The notes beneath the pieces are model-generated. The model searched no databases, had not been told where the DNA came from, and saw only the letters and a list, made by a program, of their open reading frames with translations. The translations under genes and the position numbers were made by a program. A stretch of 64,000 nucleotides of DNA from Patescibacteria group bacterium. Its GTDB lineage: Bacteria > Patescibacteriota > JACMRA01. Shown here piece by piece: positions 9,428 through 19,254 of this stretch. Within the stretch, counting starts at the first letter, position 1. Each line of letters starts with the position of its first letter. The DNA is taken from contig JBCDGH010000001.1 of the NCBI GenBank assembly GCA_038751365.1, positions 2,851 through 66,850 on the forward strand, read 5' to 3'.

Positions 9428-9661
9428 TCAACGATTTGGATTAAATGTATACCCAGACTCACAGAAAGCTATTAACTCAGGAAATTCCTCCTCTATTTGA
9501 TCTTGGTCAGATGAGTTATAAAGCTTGATACAAAATCTTTCGGAATGAGTTGTCATTGCAAGATCAGTATATACGGAAGTAGTGAAAAATAGTACAATAT
9601 TTGTAAGTAAGATAATGTTTAGCAGAATACTAACTAAGAGAAATATTTGTTTTTTGTTCAT
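9428..9661 (-). CDS. Small membrane-anchored hypothetical protein
   Basis: One N-terminal TM helix (IFLLVSILLNIILLTNIVLFF); no recognisable domain. Confidence 0.4.
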   Translation of the reverse strand: MNKKQIFLLVSILLNIILLTNIVLFFTTSVYTDLAMTTHSERFCIKLYNSSDQDQIEEEFPELIAFCESGYTFNPNR

Positions 9662-9749
9662 ATAAAAAATGATTACTGCAGATAATAGTTATCACACGAA
9701 AATACTGTAGCGTGTTTTAAGTATTTATACAAATTTTTAGGATACTGCA

Positions 9750-12578
9750 TTACGCCTTTAACTTCAGCTTTTCTACCACCTTTTTGCCTAGGCTGTCCAA
9801 AGAACCTGACCAAATTAGAGCTTCTAGACTACGTTTATTGAATCCGTTAAATTGACTAATCCTTTGCAGAAAATCTTCAATATCTATGAAATGACCATTT
9901 TGATTCCTATCTTCTATCATAAACTTAATTACATCACTACCCAGATTTTTTACACTACTAAGCCCGTAACGGATAGTGGTATTATTTTCTATAGTAAAGC
10001 TATTAAAAGATTTATTAATATCTGGTGGCAGTACCTGCAAGCCTAGTTCTTGGCATTCTTTAATTGCAGCTGCAACCTTGTCTAAATTACTGGCTTCACT
10101 GGTCATTAAAGCAGTCATAAACTCAGCAGGATAATTCGCTTTTAGATAAGCAGTCCAGTAAGCAACCATTCCGTAGTTTGAAGAGTGTGCTTTGTTAAAT
10201 CCATAGGCAGAGAAAGGGACTACCAGATTCCAAATATCTTCTGCTTGAGCTTCGCTTAAATTGGAGTGAGTCTGAGCTCCCTCTACGAATCTGATGTGTT
10301 GTGAGTCAATAACCTCTTTAATTTTTTTACCCATTCCTTTCCGCAAAACGTCTGCTTCGCCCCAGTCATAACCAGCTATTTCAATAGCAGTATATAGTAC
10401 ATCGTCTTGATATACCAAAATTCCGTAGCTCGGCTCCATCCATTTTTTCATTTGAGGAAGGTAGTATTTAATTGCCTTAGGGTTTTTCTTCCTTTTAATA
10501 TACTCTGGAATATTGACCATAGGTCCCGGACGATATAAAGCTACCATAGCCATAAGATCTTGCACTTTTGTAGGTTCAAGCTCAACTAAATATCTAGTCA
10601 TTGTAGCGCCTGATAGCTGGAACAAACCCATGGTCCTACCCTTAGCTAGAAGCTCAAAAGATTTTTCATCATGTAGATCTATATTTAGTAAGTCAATATC
10701 TTGTTTGGTTCTATCTTTAGCCAGTTGTACTGCGTTTCCCAGGATTGCTAGATTACGAATTCCCAGGATATCTAGCTTTATAAGTCCTACTTGCTCGGCG
10801 ATTTTCATGTCGTACTGACAAATAATCATCTGATGCTCACTATCCCATTGTAATGGAGCATAATCTGTCATGGCTGTGGGGGAAATAATTACACCTGCTG
10901 CGTGCGAGCTAGCGTGCCTATAATTTCCTTCAATTTTTTTACAAATATTAATTATTCTATTGACTTCATCATCCTTCTCATAGAATTCTTTTAGCTCACT
11001 ACTGGTTTCAAAAGCCCATTCAAAGGTAGTTTTGCGACCTTGCGGTGCTGTTGGGATTAGTTTAGAAAGACGATCACATTTTTTGTAAGATACTCCTAAG
11101 ACTCTACCAACATCTCGAACAGCCGCTCTGGGAAGCATAGTCCCGAAGGTTATAATTTGGCAGACTTTTTCAGCACCATAAGTTTGAGTAATGTATTTGA
11201 TAACCAAATCTCTTTTGTCGTCAGCAAAGTCCCCGTCAATATCAGGAGCTGAAGGGCGCAAAGGGTTCAAAAACCTTTCGAAAGGAATATCGTATACTAA
11301 TGGATCTAAAATATTAATACCCGTTAAGTAGCCCACCAAACATCCAGCTGCAGAACCTCGAGTGTTGATCACTATGTCATTATCTCTACAAAACTGCATA
11401 ATATCTGAAAATACAATAAAGTAGTCTGGATACCCTTTATTTACTATGATATCTATTTCTTTCTCGATTCGATTAACGTAATCTTTAATCTGTTTTTTAT
11501 CCCAGTAATCACTTGGATAGCCTAGCAATTGACTGGTGTCTGGTGATATTGACTCTGCATATTTTTTTAGTTCCGCTAGTTTTTCGTATGGAAATACAAC
11601 TTTCCACTCATTTCTACTCTTTTTTGTGGGATCAAAACGTTGAAGTAGGCCAATATAGGTTTCCCAAGTTAGCCTTAATTTAGGTTCTTGTCCGTGTGCT
11701 AGGTTAAATTTAGGAAAAAAGGCTTCACTGGCGTTTTTGTCATAATCAGCTCTTAGGTCAATATCAATCTCTGCCTCTATGTCTGAAGTATCAACTACTT
11801 CTGGAGCATACTCAAACATATGTTTTAGGTCTGATTTTGCTACCAGATCAAAGTTTCTAGTTAAGTTAATTTCTGATAATCTTACTTGATTTCTAATTGC
11901 CAGCACAGTTCTAAAAGTTTCTTCATCTTCACTATCTAAATATCTTGGAGCACAACAAGCTATGTACTTTACCCCAGATTCTTTACATAGACTAATAAGC
12001 TTAAGATTTATTTGCTTCAAGTCTTCTGAACTTATTTTTTGTTGTGGATAGGCTAGTTCAACTAGTAGGTTGTGTGCTCCGACTACTGAGCAGTACTTTT
12101 CTAGGATTGATTGTGCTTTGCTAACGTTACCTTTTTCAAGATTGTGAATTAGCTCGTGATCATTACCTGCTAGGCATACAAAGAATTTATGCTCTTCTTT
12201 GATCTGATCTAGTAAGTTGGTAAAGGTAATGTGATATGTAGGTTTTTCTTGGACAGTCCTAGCGACGGTGATTAGCTTTAATAAAGCCTTATAACCAGTA
12301 ATATCTTTGGCTAAAACAGTAATTTTACTAAAATTTTTATTTTTACCAAAAGTGTCTTGACTGTCAGAGATGTTAGGTATCTTCAAAGTTACGCCTAGCA
12401 CTGGTTTGATGTCGTTGGCTTTACAAGCGCTATAGAATTCGACTAAGCCAGAGCCAGTTTCTTCGTCAGTTAAAGCAATACTGGTGTAACCCTTAGCTTT
12501 GGCGTCTTTAACCAGTTTTTTGATTTGCGGTACTGCTGAAAGTAAGGAGTGGTGAGAATAGCTTCGACTCAGCAACAT
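9750..12578 (-). CDS. dnaE: DNA polymerase III alpha subunit (DnaE), short form
   Basis: PHP-like N-terminus; palm/fingers motifs (DIDGDFADDKRD, GTMLPRAAVRDVGRVLG, HAAGVIIS, KLDILGIRNLA, FQLSG, ALYRPGPM, QDDVLY, FNKAHS). It ends near the HhH region at 942 aa. Confidence 0.9.
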   Translation of the reverse strand: MLLSRSYSHHSLLSAVPQIKKLVKDAKAKGYTSIALTDEETGSGLVEFYSACKANDIKPVLGVTLKIPNISDSQDTFGKNKNFSKITVLAKDITGYKALLKLITVARTVQEKPTYHITFTNLLDQIKEEHKFFVCLAGNDHELIHNLEKGNVSKAQSILEKYCSVVGAHNLLVELAYPQQKISSEDLKQINLKLISLCKESGVKYIACCAPRYLDSEDEETFRTVLAIRNQVRLSEINLTRNFDLVAKSDLKHMFEYAPEVVDTSDIEAEIDIDLRADYDKNASEAFFPKFNLAHGQEPKLRLTWETYIGLLQRFDPTKKSRNEWKVVFPYEKLAELKKYAESISPDTSQLLGYPSDYWDKKQIKDYVNRIEKEIDIIVNKGYPDYFIVFSDIMQFCRDNDIVINTRGSAAGCLVGYLTGINILDPLVYDIPFERFLNPLRPSAPDIDGDFADDKRDLVIKYITQTYGAEKVCQIITFGTMLPRAAVRDVGRVLGVSYKKCDRLSKLIPTAPQGRKTTFEWAFETSSELKEFYEKDDEVNRIINICKKIEGNYRHASSHAAGVIISPTAMTDYAPLQWDSEHQMIICQYDMKIAEQVGLIKLDILGIRNLAILGNAVQLAKDRTKQDIDLLNIDLHDEKSFELLAKGRTMGLFQLSGATMTRYLVELEPTKVQDLMAMVALYRPGPMVNIPEYIKRKKNPKAIKYYLPQMKKWMEPSYGILVYQDDVLYTAIEIAGYDWGEADVLRKGMGKKIKEVIDSQHIRFVEGAQTHSNLSEAQAEDIWNLVVPFSAYGFNKAHSSNYGMVAYWTAYLKANYPAEFMTALMTSEASNLDKVAAAIKECQELGLQVLPPDINKSFNSFTIENNTTIRYGLSSVKNLGSDVIKFMIEDRNQNGHFIDIEDFLQRISQFNGFNKRSLEALIWSGSLDSLGKKVVEKLKLKA

Positions 12579-12687
12579 GCATAGATAATTTGCGATTACC
12601 TTGAAGCTGTCAAAAACTATAAACTCGGATACTAGCTAATTTTGACATAGCTTTGTTTATATGGCTGTATAAATAGGTGCATTATTA

Positions 12688-13161
12688 ATGCACAAAGATG
12701 CTATACTGATAAACTCAAAGGAGAAAAAAGTATTTACAGAAATTCTACTTGCTGGCATTTTAGTTTCTAGTACTCCAAAAATTGACGTCGTGACAAAACA
12801 AAATGTCATAGCAAATAATGAATTTAGTTCTAATCTAAACCCCAGTAGCTTGATGAGTAATAGTGATAAATGTATCACTGAGGTGGTTTGGTATCACTTC
12901 ACTACTAACTCAATAAAGTATAGATATAGGTGCTTTTTCAGTAATAAAGCTGATCGGGTGGTCACAGTACCTAAATTTTTTACCTATAAATACTTGAGTG
13001 AAAGTCAGGTAAAGACCGGAAAAGAGCTGGCAGATATTTCAGCATTTGTAAGGAAGAATTACCCAAACTCCGGAACCTACTATATTAGGGGTAAAGACAA
13101 CTATATTACGAAGGTAAACGTTCTACCTAGTAGTTTTGAACCTAAACCTTTAATAGAATAG
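12688..13161 (+). CDS. Hypothetical protein with one hydrophobic N-terminal segment
   Basis: ATG-initiated ORF followed by a clear terminator; no recognised domain. Confidence 0.45.
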   Translation: MHKDAILINSKEKKVFTEILLAGILVSSTPKIDVVTKQNVIANNEFSSNLNPSSLMSNSDKCITEVVWYHFTTNSIKYRYRCFFSNKADRVVTVPKFFTYKYLSESQVKTGKELADISAFVRKNYPNSGTYYIRGKDNYITKVNVLPSSFEPKPLIE

Positions 13162-13188
13162 AGTGTGTTCTTTAGTTTATAGTATGAC

Positions 13189-13218
13189 GGTCGTTTAATT
13201 ACGACCTTTTTTGTTTTT
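13189..13218 (+). terminator. Rho-independent terminator
   Basis: GGTCGT-ttaatt-ACGACC hairpin (13189-13206) followed by TTTTTTGTTTTT. Confidence 0.7.
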
Positions 13219-13254
13219 CACCTATTTATAAAAGGTTATTAGTAACTTGAATTA

Positions 13255-13269
13255 CCCCCCCCTTTTTTT
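13255..13269. repeat. C8-T7 homopolymer pair in the intergenic region
   Basis: The sequence attaCCCCCCCCTTTTTTTgc lies 37-51 nt upstream of the ATG at 13306. Confidence 0.9.
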
Positions 13270-13305
13270 GCTTAAAGAGGTATTTTTTATTTAAATAAGA
13301 AGTAT

Positions 13306-13860
13306 ATGAGTAATCGAACCAAATACCTACGCATAGCATACATAGTTATACCAGTTGTTACAACGCTGTTTGTCTTATTTTCTCTGTACTTAGGAGCTAA
13401 TTATCACGAGTTCAATAGCAATCAAGACTATTTTATACACCCTCTTCTAACATCGTTGTTTACTCCGCTTTATCTTACGGTTTTAGGGGTATCAGTGTAT
13501 TTAGTTTTTAGTATACTTCTACTCTTTAAAAATCAAACTCTTGGTTTGAAAAAACATTGGATAGCTTTGCCTATTATTAGCCTAGTAATAATACTATCTA
13601 CTTTTGCACTAAACAGGGATAGACAGGGATACCCTTACTGGGTTGTAGATACGGTATATTGCAATGGTAAAGTATACGATCTGATTACCTACGCACAAGG
13701 CTCAGCCATTGTCGCAGAAAGTGAAAATTTAATTTATCTTAGAAAAGTCTCAGGAGTAAATATGTCAGACCTCTTTCTCGAAGGGGGATTTAACACGCTT
13801 GAAGCGGACTGGTTCACAAATAAAGAAGTAGGGGAGAAAATAATGAGTTGTTTGAATTAG
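13306..13860 (+). CDS. Hypothetical integral membrane protein (about 4 TM) with a soluble C-terminal part
   Basis: Hydrophobic helices (IAYIVIPVVTTLFVLFSLYL, LYLTVLGVSVYLVFSILLLF, ALPIISLVIILSTFAL). Confidence 0.5.
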   Translation: MSNRTKYLRIAYIVIPVVTTLFVLFSLYLGANYHEFNSNQDYFIHPLLTSLFTPLYLTVLGVSVYLVFSILLLFKNQTLGLKKHWIALPIISLVIILSTFALNRDRQGYPYWVVDTVYCNGKVYDLITYAQGSAIVAESENLIYLRKVSGVNMSDLFLEGGFNTLEADWFTNKEVGEKIMSCLN

Positions 13861-14061
13861 TGTGCATATATTTTTTTCTAAGTTTCCTCATGCAACAATT
13901 CCTTACTAAATACATACCTCTAGCTATTTTGACTATAAACATACTAGCTCACTTCAAACTTCTTTAGACCTTACTCAAGAATAATCAGGACTTAGTTTAT
14001 TCAGACAGAATACTAACAAAATAATCAAAAAATTACTCTTAGAACCCGTCTCAAACAGACT

Positions 14062-15081
14062 CTAAACTTGATTGATTACTTCGAAACCTTTCAAACTACC
14101 TGTTATTGCAATTCCTATTACGGATTTAGATACATCAACTTGCTTTAGCTTTTTAGCTATTATATTCATTGTACTACCTGACCCTACAAAATCATCTACA
14201 AGTAAAGTTGTATTAAATTGGCGTTTTTCTGATACTACCATAGTTTTATCTGCATTAATTACTCTATCATCGAGATCTCTAATAGACTTTTGCTGAATCC
14301 TTACTGGAGTATTGAGTTTTTGAATCTTACATACTGGAAGTGGGATACTAAGACCTTTCTCTAATTCTTGCATAAACTGAGTGATACGTCGTGCTGTTGG
14401 TGGCACAAAAGCTATACTGTCAATTTTATGATTAATAATCAGATTCAGAATTTTTATTTCAACTATATCCACTACTTCGCCTATTAACTTTCTATTTTCG
14501 GTCTGCTTTGCTAAGAAAGTAAGTTCTGCTAATTTAGTCTTACCAAATCTCTCATAACTGTAGAAGTCAATAAAATATAGTCTATCTAAATACACTTCTT
14601 TAAAAGTTGTTTGTAATTTTGATGTCGCTTCAATTAGTGATTGGCTGTTTTTGAACCTGTTGTATTTTGCAACTATGTCAGCATACTGGCTAGCTGTTTT
14701 AACTTTATCTAGAACCTGACCTTTATTTTGTTGCTTTTTTATCCATTCATCAAAAGCTAGCATTCCGTAAAGTATAGTACCATTGGGTCTAGAGTAAATA
14801 AAATTCTTTTCTATCTGTTCATATAGCTCTGAGTTTAAATTTGTATTAAGCTTAGGTGTTTGCGTACCAGGTATAACATTTTCTTCAAAGCTAACTAAGC
14901 TATAATAAACTAAGGGAGGAGTACCAATTTTTTCAATTTTACCATCTGCTTCCAATTTTCTAAGTTGTTTGTGAACTGCTACGTTGGAAATACCTATTAA
15001 ATTAGCTATATCTTTAGGGCTAGCAGTACTTTGTTTGGCAATTAAATCAAGTATTTTTTTACTTGTATTAGTTTTAGGCAT
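14062..15081 (-). CDS. Winged-HTH domain fused to a ComF-type phosphoribosyltransferase domain
   Basis: N-terminus ASPKDIANLIGISNVAVHKQLRKLEADGKIEKIG (wHTH). C-terminus TLLVDDFVGSGSTMNIIAKKL (PRPP-binding loop), preceded by a ComF-like segment. Confidence 0.6.
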   Translation of the reverse strand: MPKTNTSKKILDLIAKQSTASPKDIANLIGISNVAVHKQLRKLEADGKIEKIGTPPLVYYSLVSFEENVIPGTQTPKLNTNLNSELYEQIEKNFIYSRPNGTILYGMLAFDEWIKKQQNKGQVLDKVKTASQYADIVAKYNRFKNSQSLIEATSKLQTTFKEVYLDRLYFIDFYSYERFGKTKLAELTFLAKQTENRKLIGEVVDIVEIKILNLIINHKIDSIAFVPPTARRITQFMQELEKGLSIPLPVCKIQKLNTPVRIQQKSIRDLDDRVINADKTMVVSEKRQFNTTLLVDDFVGSGSTMNIIAKKLKQVDVSKSVIGIAITGSLKGFEVINQV

Positions 15082-15238
15082 ATAATTTATGGTTTATAGT
15101 TTACAATAAACTATGTATTATGTCAATAGAATTAGATATGTATAAAAACTCACAAATATAACTAGCTAGAGTTTTTAGTAAGGTGGTCTCAAACATAATT
15201 TGACAAAATACGCTTTGAATAGCAACTATTAGTCTATT

Positions 15239-16612
15239 ATGTCAAAGCTTGTAAAATCTGAATACGAAAATGATTTAGTTTATAATATCGACTACTTAGT
15301 AGAGAAAGATGAATATCAGACTTGGAGACAAAAGCTAATCAACCAAATACTAAGTACTGTAGAAGTAACTGGTTTTAGGAAGGGTAAAGCCCCGGATGAA
15401 CTAGCGATGAAGCAGCTAAATCTAAAGAGTGTTGAAGAAACAATTTTGCAGGAGACTATATCAAAATTTGGTACTCAAGCTCTGCAGGAAGCTAAAGATA
15501 AGCTGAAAAATGAGAGTAGAGTAGTCCAGAATCAAACTATAGACTTTAACCTAGAACATACTGGACCTAGTGAAGATGGTTTTAAATTTAGATTGGTGCT
15601 AAGTTTGCTGCCTAAGATTGATCTATCCGGGTTGGAAAAAATTCAGGAGCCCCAGATTGAGAAAGATGATTTACCTCCTAGACTCTCTAAGGCAGAGTTT
15701 ATCGCTAAAGAAGAAAGCAAATTTTTGGCTTCGTTGAATGAATATCAGAAGAGCGAAGAGGTGTCTAAAATGAACGATAAAATTCAGTTAGACTTAGTGG
15801 AGGTAGTTAAAGGTCAAGACCCAAGAGATTTAAAAGATGTCACCTACACCCTAGGAGTTAGCGAACTGCCTGAGGAATTCGTGTCAGAGTTGATTGGTGT
15901 TCAGGTAGGGCAAACTAAAAATTTTGATCTGAAGGTTCCAGCATCTAATGGGAGTACGAATAAAGGTACGTCTGTAAAATATACAATCACTGTTAAAGAT
16001 CTACAGAGTCCCAAACATAGTGATATACAGGCTTTGCTAGATAATTCTGCAGAAGCTAAAAAGCAATTTGAAACCAGAGAGAAATTTAATGATTTTTTAG
16101 TTAATTATTATGACCAAGAATCAAAAGCTATTGAAGAAGACCTTAAGAAACGTAAAATAATTGAAGAGTCTTTACAGATAGTTCCAGACTTTAGTCTGCC
16201 AATTGATAAGACTGAAGCAGAGCAGGATAGAATAATGCAGGTCATGCAAGACCAAGTTAAGAACTCAGGTCAATCTTTGGGTCAAGTTTTTAAGCAAAGT
16301 GGTATTGAGAGGGATACCACCAAAAATATTGAAGATCCGATCGAGATCAAAAAAATCGTTTCCTCTTACGTAAGTAGAGAATTTAAGTGGATTTTTATTC
16401 TAAGAAGTATTTACGAATTTAAGGTAGAAGAAAAAATTAGTAACGAACAGATTGATACTGTATCTGCAGAGATGCAAAAAAAGCCAAGAGAGTACAATTT
16501 ACAAGAGGGTCAAAACTCTGAATACTATAGAGAGATTGCCTACGATAGACTAATGAGAAGTAAATCTACAACATGGCTGTTCAATCTTGCTAGTAGTAAT
16601 ACAACAAAATAG
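15239..16612 (+). CDS. tig: Trigger factor-like chaperone
   Basis: N-terminal ribosome-binding signature VEVTGFRKGKAPDEL; length and acidic/helical C-terminal region fit Tig. Confidence 0.65.
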   Translation: MSKLVKSEYENDLVYNIDYLVEKDEYQTWRQKLINQILSTVEVTGFRKGKAPDELAMKQLNLKSVEETILQETISKFGTQALQEAKDKLKNESRVVQNQTIDFNLEHTGPSEDGFKFRLVLSLLPKIDLSGLEKIQEPQIEKDDLPPRLSKAEFIAKEESKFLASLNEYQKSEEVSKMNDKIQLDLVEVVKGQDPRDLKDVTYTLGVSELPEEFVSELIGVQVGQTKNFDLKVPASNGSTNKGTSVKYTITVKDLQSPKHSDIQALLDNSAEAKKQFETREKFNDFLVNYYDQESKAIEEDLKKRKIIEESLQIVPDFSLPIDKTEAEQDRIMQVMQDQVKNSGQSLGQVFKQSGIERDTTKNIEDPIEIKKIVSSYVSREFKWIFILRSIYEFKVEEKISNEQIDTVSAEMQKKPREYNLQEGQNSEYYREIAYDRLMRSKSTTWLFNLASSNTTK

Positions 16613-16727
16613 TACCTTTATACTCTTTCCCACGATGTAAGTTAATAAATAGCCTATTTTAAAGGATTGCCAGATTTATTTTTGAACATTTGGTAGAAAT
16701 GTGTAGCTTTGCCCAAATTATAGTTCA

Positions 16728-17768
16728 TTAGCTTCTGGGTAAGAGTGGTGTATCAACGATATGCACTATACCATTACTTTGGATTACATTAGGGGTAGAA
16801 ATTACAGACACATTATCTGGAGTCTCAGATTTGACTGATACAAGACTGTCTTTAGCAATAATAGTAAGCTTCTCACCGTTTAATGTTGTAAGTTGCTGAT
16901 CGTCAGTAAAATCGCTTAGTAAATATTTACCTTGAACCACATGATAGGTCAGGAATGAAGTTAAGGTTTGTTTATTTTCAGGCTTCAGTAAGTTATCAAC
17001 TACTCCGTTAGGGAGCTTAGAAAAGGCATCATTATCAGGTACAAATACGGTAAATGGACCTACTCCCTCTAATGCCTCTGTTAATTCTGCCGCCTTTAAA
17101 GATGCTACAAAACTGGTTAGATTAGGTGTAGATGAGGTGTTTTCAACAATATTTTTACTTCTTAACATGGATGTACCACCTACTGTCGGATTAAGGTCTG
17201 GCTCAAGTATATTATCTATCAAATGGCTGATACCGTTACTGTGTTCAACATCACTATCGGAGACTTCCACATTATCGACCAAAAGTTTATCTTCGGTTTT
17301 TGATATTTTAAGATCTTGACCTTGAAGTGTAGTTAGGACTTGTCCGTCTACTAACTCAGAAGTGAGGTATTTACCAGAAACAATATGATATTTCAATATT
17401 TCTTGTAATGTATTTTTATTTTCCGTCCTTAGAAGATCATCTCTAGTCTCTACAGGTAGTTCGTTGAAAGCCGTGTCAGTTGGTGCAAAGACAGTGAACG
17501 GTCCTGATTCTCGTAGACTGGTTTTTAATTCAGCTATTTGAATTGCACTATTAAAAGTTGTTAAATTACTAGCGTCCTTGAAGTTTTCAACTATATCAGC
17601 ACCTGAAGAAATCACTGCACCACCTACTATCCTTTCTCCCACCTCTTTAGTAGTTTTATTTTCTTCTTGCGCACTATTCTCCCTGACCATAGTCGTACCG
17701 AATACTGCGCCAATAATTACAATTAGAGCAAGTATACTTGAAAAGATAATCACCTGCTTTTTAGACAT
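16728..17768 (-). CDS. Membrane-anchored protein with two fasciclin (FAS1) domains
   Basis: Two copies of GPFTVF(A/V)P.D.AF..LP ... L.YH(I/V)V.GKY ... NG(I/V)(S/V)H.(I/V)D; N-terminal TM anchor. Confidence 0.8.
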   Translation of the reverse strand: MSKKQVIIFSSILALIVIIGAVFGTTMVRENSAQEENKTTKEVGERIVGGAVISSGADIVENFKDASNLTTFNSAIQIAELKTSLRESGPFTVFAPTDTAFNELPVETRDDLLRTENKNTLQEILKYHIVSGKYLTSELVDGQVLTTLQGQDLKISKTEDKLLVDNVEVSDSDVEHSNGISHLIDNILEPDLNPTVGGTSMLRSKNIVENTSSTPNLTSFVASLKAAELTEALEGVGPFTVFVPDNDAFSKLPNGVVDNLLKPENKQTLTSFLTYHVVQGKYLLSDFTDDQQLTTLNGEKLTIIAKDSLVSVKSETPDNVSVISTPNVIQSNGIVHIVDTPLLPRS

Positions 17769-17906
17769 GGTATACAGCTGAAACCTTTTTTTAAAGCTGT
17801 CAATTGAGTAGGGATCAGGGTAGTATGCATTTATACAACTGTTATTTCAATATAACTTCGAGAGTTTGTTCTATATCAGGAAATCAAAAGAACCTTTAAT
17901 GTAGCT

Positions 17907-18107
17907 TTAAGAGTCAGTAGGGTCAGGAATATTAGAGTCTCTAAGATACCTCCAGTCTGTAGTTCTATCTTGTGGAGTCTCTTTACCTTGAGAATCTAGA
18001 GTAAGTGGATGACCCTCAAATTGTTCATTTCCAGTATACTGCTCTACTTCTGGTTTGTTTATAGTTACTTCTTGCTCTTGGTTTGTGTTTATTTTTGGTG
18101 TTTCCAT
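17907..18107 (-). CDS. Small acidic hypothetical protein
   Basis: ORF only; no recognised motif. Confidence 0.3.
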   Translation of the reverse strand: METPKINTNQEQEVTINKPEVEQYTGNEQFEGHPLTLDSQGKETPQDRTTDWRYLRDSNIPDPTDS

Positions 18108-18137
18108 TATGTCTTATTAAAGTTTTTATGTATTTAC

Positions 18138-18211
18138 TGGTTCGGGGACAGGGATTCGAACCCCGGTTAATGGCGTCAAAGGCCACTGTCCTACCACTAG
18201 ACGATCCCCGA
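18138..18211 (-). tRNA. tRNA-Gln (anticodon UUG), CCA encoded
   Basis: The reverse complement folds by hand as TCGGGGA-TC-GTCT..AGGAC-A-GTGGC-CTTTGAC-GCCAT-TAAC-CGGGG-TTCGAAT-CCCTG-TCCCCGA-A-CCA. The 7-nt anticodon loop is C-U-UUG-A-C. Confidence 0.85.
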
Positions 18212-18223
18212 TTATAATTAACT

Positions 18224-18309
18224 TGGTGCGCGAGAAGGGATTTGAACCCTCACAAGATTGCTCTCGCTGGCACCTGAAGCCAGTGTGTCTACCGTTCCAC
18301 CACCCGCGC
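18224..18309 (-). tRNA. tRNA-Leu (anticodon CAG), class II with long variable arm, CCA encoded
   Basis: The reverse complement is GCGCGGGTGGTGGAACGGTAGACACACTGGCTTCAGGTGCCAGCGAGAGCAATCTTGTGAGGGTTCAAATCCCTTCTCGCGCACCA. It closely parallels E. coli tRNA-Leu(CAG). Confidence 0.9.
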
Positions 18310-18382
18310 GATGTAACCGATGATACATAAATAATTAAAGTAAAATTCTTAAATTGTAAAGAGAGGATTTAGGTTTTATATT

Positions 18383-18411
18383 TTGACAAACGGTCTGAAA
18401 AATAGTAGATT
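18383..18411 (+). promoter_or_regulatory. Candidate sigma-70 promoter for smpB (TTGACA-N17-TAGATT)
   Basis: The -35 box is at 18383-18388 and the -10 box at 18406-18411. The ATG at 18427 implies a very short leader. Confidence 0.35.
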
Positions 18412-18426
18412 GAAGCTTAGATTTAT

Positions 18427-18831
18427 ATGAATTTAGCCAGAAATAAAAAAGCTCACTTTGATTATCATATTCTTGAATCATATCAGGCTGGCTTGTCGAT
18501 ATCTGGAAAAATGGTAAAACAGCTCAGGCAAAAACGAGTCAACATAACTGGAAAATATATAATATATCAAAAACTACAACTACAGATAATTGATTTTGGG
18601 AATGATAAGCTCAGAGAGAATGTGCCACTACTTCTAAACAAAAAAGAGCAAGCAGAAATTAGTTCAAGATTGAACGAGAAGGGTATAAGCTGTGTCGTTT
18701 TAAACATATACACCCTAGGCAGATGGATAAAAGCTGAGATAGCTATCGTGCGTGGTAAAAAGAATTTTGATAAGAGGGAAAGTATAAAAAAACGTGATTT
18801 AGAAAGAGAAGAAGCTAGAAATTTACTGTGA
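18427..18831 (+). CDS. smpB: SsrA-binding protein SmpB
   Basis: NKKAHFDYHILESYQAGLSISG..VKQLR...; size and basic C-terminal tail are typical of SmpB. Confidence 0.8.
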   Translation: MNLARNKKAHFDYHILESYQAGLSISGKMVKQLRQKRVNITGKYIIYQKLQLQIIDFGNDKLRENVPLLLNKKEQAEISSRLNEKGISCVVLNIYTLGRWIKAEIAIVRGKKNFDKRESIKKRDLEREEARNLL

Positions 18832-18925
18832 TTCCAACTTTTATTAGTATTGTTCGGCTTTGCAACGTCACAAAATTGACAAGATGAATTCACTTTTATA
18901 CTATCCGTGCTATAATTTATTATAT

Positions 18926-19231
18926 ATGAGTAAGAGTTTTTTCGCTGGTATGGAGGAAGTTTTTTCAAGGCTTATTTCTCTGGTTATTGCAATAACTTTT
19001 TTTCTAGTCTACGTTTTTGCGAAAGATAGTCAGGAGTTAAGAATTGATTGGTCTGGCACACTTTTTGTTTTGCTGATATTTTGGCTGGTATATGAGTTCC
19101 TGAGTTATGGATTATATGTTTTGTTTGTATATTTCACTAAACAAGGTAGAGATAAGACGATAACTGAGCTGAATAGTAATCCGGAAGAGGTTGAATCAGT
19201 ACTTGACCAAAACGGTAATAGTGAGCTTTAG
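18926..19231 (+). CDS. Small two-TM hypothetical membrane protein
   Basis: Start moved to the ATG at 18926 (MSKSFFAG...). Helices LISLVIAITFFLVYVF and LFVLLIFWLVYEFLSYGLYVLFVYF. Confidence 0.4.
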   Translation: MSKSFFAGMEEVFSRLISLVIAITFFLVYVFAKDSQELRIDWSGTLFVLLIFWLVYEFLSYGLYVLFVYFTKQGRDKTITELNSNPEEVESVLDQNGNSEL

Positions 19232-19254
19232 TAAATATACTAAAACCATGAATT

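Noticed and set aside
18108-18426. tmRNA (ssrA) next to smpB
   Set aside because: The interval is fully explained by tRNA-Gln, tRNA-Leu and a short promoter region. There is no tRNA-like acceptor plus tag-ORF structure.
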